From Alphaproteobacteria bacterium (GTDB taxonomy: Bacteria > Pseudomonadota > Alphaproteobacteria > SP197): 64,000 nt of DNA. The DNA lies in the NCBI GenBank assembly GCA_965228895.1, contig OZ245842.1, positions 64,001-128,000 on the forward strand. Reading direction: 5' to 3'. Positions 59,966-64,000 of the stretch are shown one piece after another. A program made the position numbers and the translations under genes. Under the pieces are notes generated by a model. The model was not told the DNA's origin. It worked only from the letters and a program-made list of their open reading frames with translations, and made no database searches. Numbering within the stretch: position 1 is the first letter of the stretch; every line of letters starts with the position of its first letter.

Positions 59966-60886
59966 CTAACGCTCCGCCGCGGCCTCACGCGCCCGCCGCG
60001 GCCGGTTGACGACGACTTCAACCAGCCCGGCGGAGATCACCAGGGCCGTGCCGGTCGCCTCCATCCAGCCGAAGGGTTCGGTGGTCAAGATGGCGGCGCT
60101 GGCGATGCCGAAGATCACCTCGGCCTGAAACAGGATCCCGACCCGGCCCGGGTCGACCAGCCGGACCGCATAGAGCTGCATACACATGACCGGGATCAGG
60201 AAGGCGACCGCGATCAACAGCAGCCAGGGCAGCAGGTTGATGGTCTGAGACATCGAAGGCGGCTGGCCGAGCGCATCGATCGGCAGCAAGGTGACGGCCA
60301 GGCCGATCAGCGCCGCGGCCATGAAGAACGAAAAGACATTCTCGAACATGCCGACGCCGGGCGTCATGCGGATGCGGGTCGAGCCATAGGCCCAGAACAG
60401 GCCCGACAGCAGCGCCATCCAGTCGCCGGTATTGCGTGGAATGGGAATACTGCCGTCACCGCCAAGGATGACATAGAGCCCGGCCAGCCCAAGAAAGATC
60501 GCCAGGACGCGCGGAAAGGTAAGCCGCCGCTTCATCAAGGTGATCTCGAAGATCGTCGCCCAGGCCGGCGAGACGTAGAACAGGATGAGCGCCCTGGCGA
60601 CCTCAGTCAGCACCAGGCTGTCGGCATAGAGCACGAAGGCGCCGCCGGTGAAGATGGCGGTCTTCCAGGATGCCAGACCGGTCGGCTTGCTTTGCGTTGC
60701 GCGCCAGATCGCGATCGGCAGCAGCACGATGAACGGCGTCAGGAACTGGCCGACACCGGCCCAGGCGGCATCGAGGCCGGCGTCGCGGAACTCGCGCATC
60801 GGGATCCAGAACACGCCCCAACACGCCGCCGACACGACCAACATCACGGAAGGCAGCCATTGGCTGCGCTCAATCGGTGCGCTCAT
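59966..60886 (-). CDS. DMT/EamA family transporter
   Basis: About 10 TM helices in two EamA repeats. Confidence 0.85.
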   Translation of the reverse strand: MSAPIERSQWLPSVMLVVSAACWGVFWIPMREFRDAGLDAAWAGVGQFLTPFIVLLPIAIWRATQSKPTGLASWKTAIFTGGAFVLYADSLVLTEVARALILFYVSPAWATIFEITLMKRRLTFPRVLAIFLGLAGLYVILGGDGSIPIPRNTGDWMALLSGLFWAYGSTRIRMTPGVGMFENVFSFFMAAALIGLAVTLLPIDALGQPPSMSQTINLLPWLLLIAVAFLIPVMCMQLYAVRLVDPGRVGILFQAEVIFGIASAAILTTEPFGWMEATGTALVISAGLVEVVVNRPRRAREAAAER

Positions 60887-61175
60887 TTACGTTCGGCTCG
60901 GCACTGTGGTGTTCGTGGGCGCGGCAGCAGTCAAAGTCGGCATGATCCCTGCAGGCAACTTGCCGGATTTCCAATCTGGTCAGCGATGACGTGGGAAGAC
61001 ACAGCGTCCACGGACCGTTTGAGAACCCCCAAGCTACTCGGGAAGTTGCTGTCGGGCCAGTCTGCGGCGGCGATGACCGCTCCAGGCCCCTTGATGGCGC
61101 GCTCTATGCGTCGTTCCTAGCCGGTGCTGGCAAGGACGGCGGGTGGGTTCAAAGGCGGTCCTGGCGGCCTAACCT

Positions 61176-62618
61176 TTACGCCGCTTCCGCCGCATCGGTG
61201 CCGCCGACCGTCAGGCCTTCGATCAGCATGGTCGGTTGGCCGACGCCGACCGGCACACCTTGGCCGTTCTTGCCGCAGGTGCCGATGCCGGGATCAAGCG
61301 CCATGTCGTTGCCGATGGCGGCAACCTTGGTCAGGACATCCGGACCGTTGCCGATCAGCGTCGCGCCCTTGACCGGGCTGGTCGGCTTGCCGTCCTCGAT
61401 CAGATAGGCCTCGGCCGCGGAAAACACGAACTTGCCGTTGGTGATGTCGACCTGACCGCCGCCGAAATTGACGGCATAGAGCCCTTTCTTGACCGACCCG
61501 ATGATTTCCTCGGGGTCGCGGTCACCGTCCAGCATGTAGGTGTTGGTCATGCGCGGCATCGGCTGGTGCGCAAAGCTCTGACGCCTGCCGTTGCCGGTCG
61601 GCGCGTGGCCCATCAGGCGCGCGTTCATGCGGTCGTGCATATAGCCGGTCAGGATGCCGTCTTCGATCAGCACGGTGCGCTCGCTGGGTGTGCCCTCGTC
61701 GTCGATGGTCAGCGAGCCCCGGCGCGATTCGATGGTGCCGTCGTCGACCACGGTGACGCCCGGCGCGGCAATCCGCTCACCCAGAAGGCCGGAGAACGCC
61801 GACGTCTGCTTGCGGTTGAAATCGCCTTCCAGCCCATGGCCGATCGCCTCGTGGAGCAGAATGCCGGGCCAGCCGGGACCCAGCACCACCGGCATCTCAC
61901 CCGCCGGCGCCGCCACGGCGTCCAGATTGACCAATGCCTGGCGCAGCGCTTCGTCGACCTGGGCCTGCCAGTGTTCGGTGACAACGAAGTCCTTATAGAG
62001 GGTTCGGCCGCCGGTGCCGTGCCCGCCGGACTCCATGCGCCCGCCGTCGGCGGCGATGACCTGGACGTTGAGGCGGACCAAGGGCCGGACATCGGTCATC
62101 AGGCGCCCATCCGCGCGCATGATGGCAACCACCTGCCAGTTGCCGGAAAGCGACGCCATGACCTGATGGACCCGAGGGTCCAACCCTCGGGCATAGGCGT
62201 CGATATCCTGCAGCAGCTTAACCTTGTCTTCGAACGCCATTTCGGCCAGCGGGTTGACCTCGTCATAGAGTTTGCGGTTGGTCGGCACCGGCGCCTCGCC
62301 TTTGACGCCGCTGCGCCCATCGACCGCCTTGACGGTCGCCACGGCGCGCTTGATGGCCGCCTCCGACACCTCGGAAGCGTGAGAATAGGCGGTCGCCTCG
62401 CCGACGACGCGGCGCAGACCGATGCCCTGACTGGTGTCGAAGCTGGCCGTCTTCAGCTTGCCGTCGTCGAAAGCAAGCGATTCGGACTGGACATACTCCA
62501 TGAACAGCTCGCCATCGTCGGCAGCGCCCAGCGCGTCCCCCACCAACTGCTCGATACGTCCCTCGTCCAGGTCGTTTCGGGTGAAAAACAACTCGTGCGG
62601 TGTACGGTATTGCGACAT
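61176..62618 (-). CDS. tldD: Metalloprotease TldD
   Basis: LLHEAIGHGLEGDFNRK, PRMTNTYM, CGKNGQGVPVGVGQPT. Confidence 0.96.
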   Translation of the reverse strand: MSQYRTPHELFFTRNDLDEGRIEQLVGDALGAADDGELFMEYVQSESLAFDDGKLKTASFDTSQGIGLRRVVGEATAYSHASEVSEAAIKRAVATVKAVDGRSGVKGEAPVPTNRKLYDEVNPLAEMAFEDKVKLLQDIDAYARGLDPRVHQVMASLSGNWQVVAIMRADGRLMTDVRPLVRLNVQVIAADGGRMESGGHGTGGRTLYKDFVVTEHWQAQVDEALRQALVNLDAVAAPAGEMPVVLGPGWPGILLHEAIGHGLEGDFNRKQTSAFSGLLGERIAAPGVTVVDDGTIESRRGSLTIDDEGTPSERTVLIEDGILTGYMHDRMNARLMGHAPTGNGRRQSFAHQPMPRMTNTYMLDGDRDPEEIIGSVKKGLYAVNFGGGQVDITNGKFVFSAAEAYLIEDGKPTSPVKGATLIGNGPDVLTKVAAIGNDMALDPGIGTCGKNGQGVPVGVGQPTMLIEGLTVGGTDAAEAA

Positions 62619-62910
62619 CATCAACTCCTAAGACGAGCCCAACATATGGGGTTTGCGTGGCGACAACCAAGTCGAGCCGATCGAGGGAGGGTACGCGATT
62701 GCGGCGCGTTCGCAGAAATTTCAAAGGGGTCAATGTTGAACGTCACGGTCTTGTGATTCCCGGGGTCGCTGTGTATGGTCCGCCGCGGCAGGCTACCCGT
62801 ACGAAAAGTGCGGCGTTCGGCAGGTATTGGCGACGCGCCGCAGCCATGAAATTGGGTTGTTTCCGGGGGATCTTCGAGGTCCCGCCGGTACCGAGAAAAG
62901 GAGAGCGGTC

Positions 62911-63744
62911 TTGGTGAGGACGTTCCTCGGATTGGCGACATTCGTCGCAGGTCTAGTAGCGGGCATCGGTTCGGCCTTTGCACAGGTCGAAGATTGGGCG
63001 TGGGGCTTCCAGGACGCCGTATCGCCAGTCATGCACCGGGTCAGTTCGTTCTATGACGGGCTGCTGGTCATGATGGTCGGCATTTCGGCGCTGGTCCTTA
63101 TTCTGATGGTGATCATCGTTGTTCGCTTCAATCGGCGCGCCAACAAGGAGCCGTCGAGAACCAGCCATAACGCGCTGCTGGAGATCGTCTGGACGACCGT
63201 GCCGGTGCTGATCCTGATCGCGATCGCCATCCCGTCGCTGCGGTTGCTCTATTACGAGGAAACGATCCCGGAAGCGGACATGACGCTGAAGGCGGTCGGA
63301 CACCAGTGGTACTGGTCCTATGAGTACCCCGATCACGGCAACATTGGCTTCGAAGCCATCATGGTGCCCGATGATGAGCTGAAAGATGGCGAACTCAGGC
63401 TGTTGGCGACAGACAATGCCGTTGTCTTGCCGGTCGACAAGGTTGTGCGTGTGCTCGTGACGTCGCAAGACGTCATTCACTCCTGGGCGATGCCATCCAT
63501 GGGCGTCAAGACCGATGCCGTGCCTGGCCGCATCAATGAGCTGTGGCTGGAGATCGATACGCCCGGCACCTATTACGGCCAGTGTTCCGAGCTGTGCGGT
63601 GAACTTCACGGCTTTATGCCGATTATGATCAAGGCGGTTTCGGAAGAAGAGTTCCAGGCATGGGTCACCGAGGCCCAAGCCGAATTCGCCGCCAACAATG
63701 CGCCGGCGATTTCCGTCGCCAACAACGGCCTGACCGGCCAGTGA
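62911..63744 (+). CDS. coxB: Cytochrome c oxidase subunit II
   Basis: [25 protein letters not shown] CuA motif; TTG/GTG start after AGGAGA. Confidence 0.96.
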   Translation: MVRTFLGLATFVAGLVAGIGSAFAQVEDWAWGFQDAVSPVMHRVSSFYDGLLVMMVGISALVLILMVIIVVRFNRRANKEPSRTSHNALLEIVWTTVPVLILIAIAIPSLRLLYYEETIPEADMTLKAVGHQWYWSYEYPDHGNIGFEAIMVPDDELKDGELRLLATDNAVVLPVDKVVRVLVTSQDVIHSWAMPSMGVKTDAVPGRINELWLEIDTPGTYYGQCSELCGELHGFMPIMIKAVSEEEFQAWVTEAQAEFAANNAPAISVANNGLTGQ

Positions 63745-63781
63745 ACAACAACGTACCCTGCCTGGCAGGAGGATTGCTGAG

Positions 63782-64000
63782 ATGACCGAAGCCCAAGCCC
63801 ACGCTGACGACCACGCCCACGATCATCACGATCATCCGCGCGGCATCATTCGCTATCTCTATTCGACCAACCACAAGGACATCGGGACGATGTACATCGT
63901 CTACGGTTTTGTCTTTGGTCTGATCGGTTTCGCGATGTCGATCCTGATCCGGATGGAGCTTCAGGCCCCGGGCGAGGGCATCCTGGGCGGCGATCACCAG
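63782..64000 (+). CDS. ctaD: Cytochrome c oxidase subunit I (3'-truncated by the window)
   Basis: [11 protein letters not shown]...IRMEL N-terminus, downstream of coxB. Confidence 0.95.
   Translation, partial: MTEAQAHADDHAHDHHDHPRGIIRYLYSTNHKDIGTMYIVYGFVFGLIGFAMSILIRMELQAPGEGILGGDHQ

Noticed and set aside
62650-62850. RegA/PrrA- or FNR-type sites upstream of coxB
   Set aside because: Only degenerate GCG..CGC matches, indistinguishable from GC-rich background; no TTGAT-N4-ATCAA
63782-63840. His-rich N-terminus of CtaD
   Set aside because: Common in alphaproteobacterial subunit I

Overview
High-GC alphaproteobacterial chromosomal window (Rhodospirillales-like gene order; inference). Most of it is core genes: bmt-maoC-ribF-ileS-lspA-DUF3035 x2-M16 peptidase pair-pgi-mutL; rsmD/rluB/tadA; purD-xseA; lpxK-waaA-msbA-cysQ-pmbA-leuA; ubiD; speB; ubiA-rsmE-gshA; tldD-coxB-ctaD. 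Accessory or unexplained parts: (1) Short uORFs sit upstream of ileS (Ile-rich) and leuA (Leu-rich). Both look leaderless, share the same promoter-to-ATG geometry and a CGA-NTT-ATC motif, and have a GC hairpin at the stop codon. This is a candidate amino-acid-sensing attenuation system. (2) An AT-rich ~3.3-kb islet (about 39.0-42.3 kb) bounded by an 8-bp direct repeat encodes an RxxxxH HEPN-like protein, a small coiled-coil protein and a DUF4062/TIR-like protein with a long helical tail; it is a candidate anti-phage module. (3) There are three families of short palindromic repeats. One copy lies inside a translationally coupled mini-ORF, and another family shows covariation between copies. (4) Tandem Sel1-repeat genes, an orphan Flp pilin with a CtrA-like box, PhaR-like operators, and four Rid genes that all lack the catalytic Arg. 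No tRNA, rRNA, CRISPR array, integrase or transposase was recognised. All calls come from reading the sequence; no searches were run.
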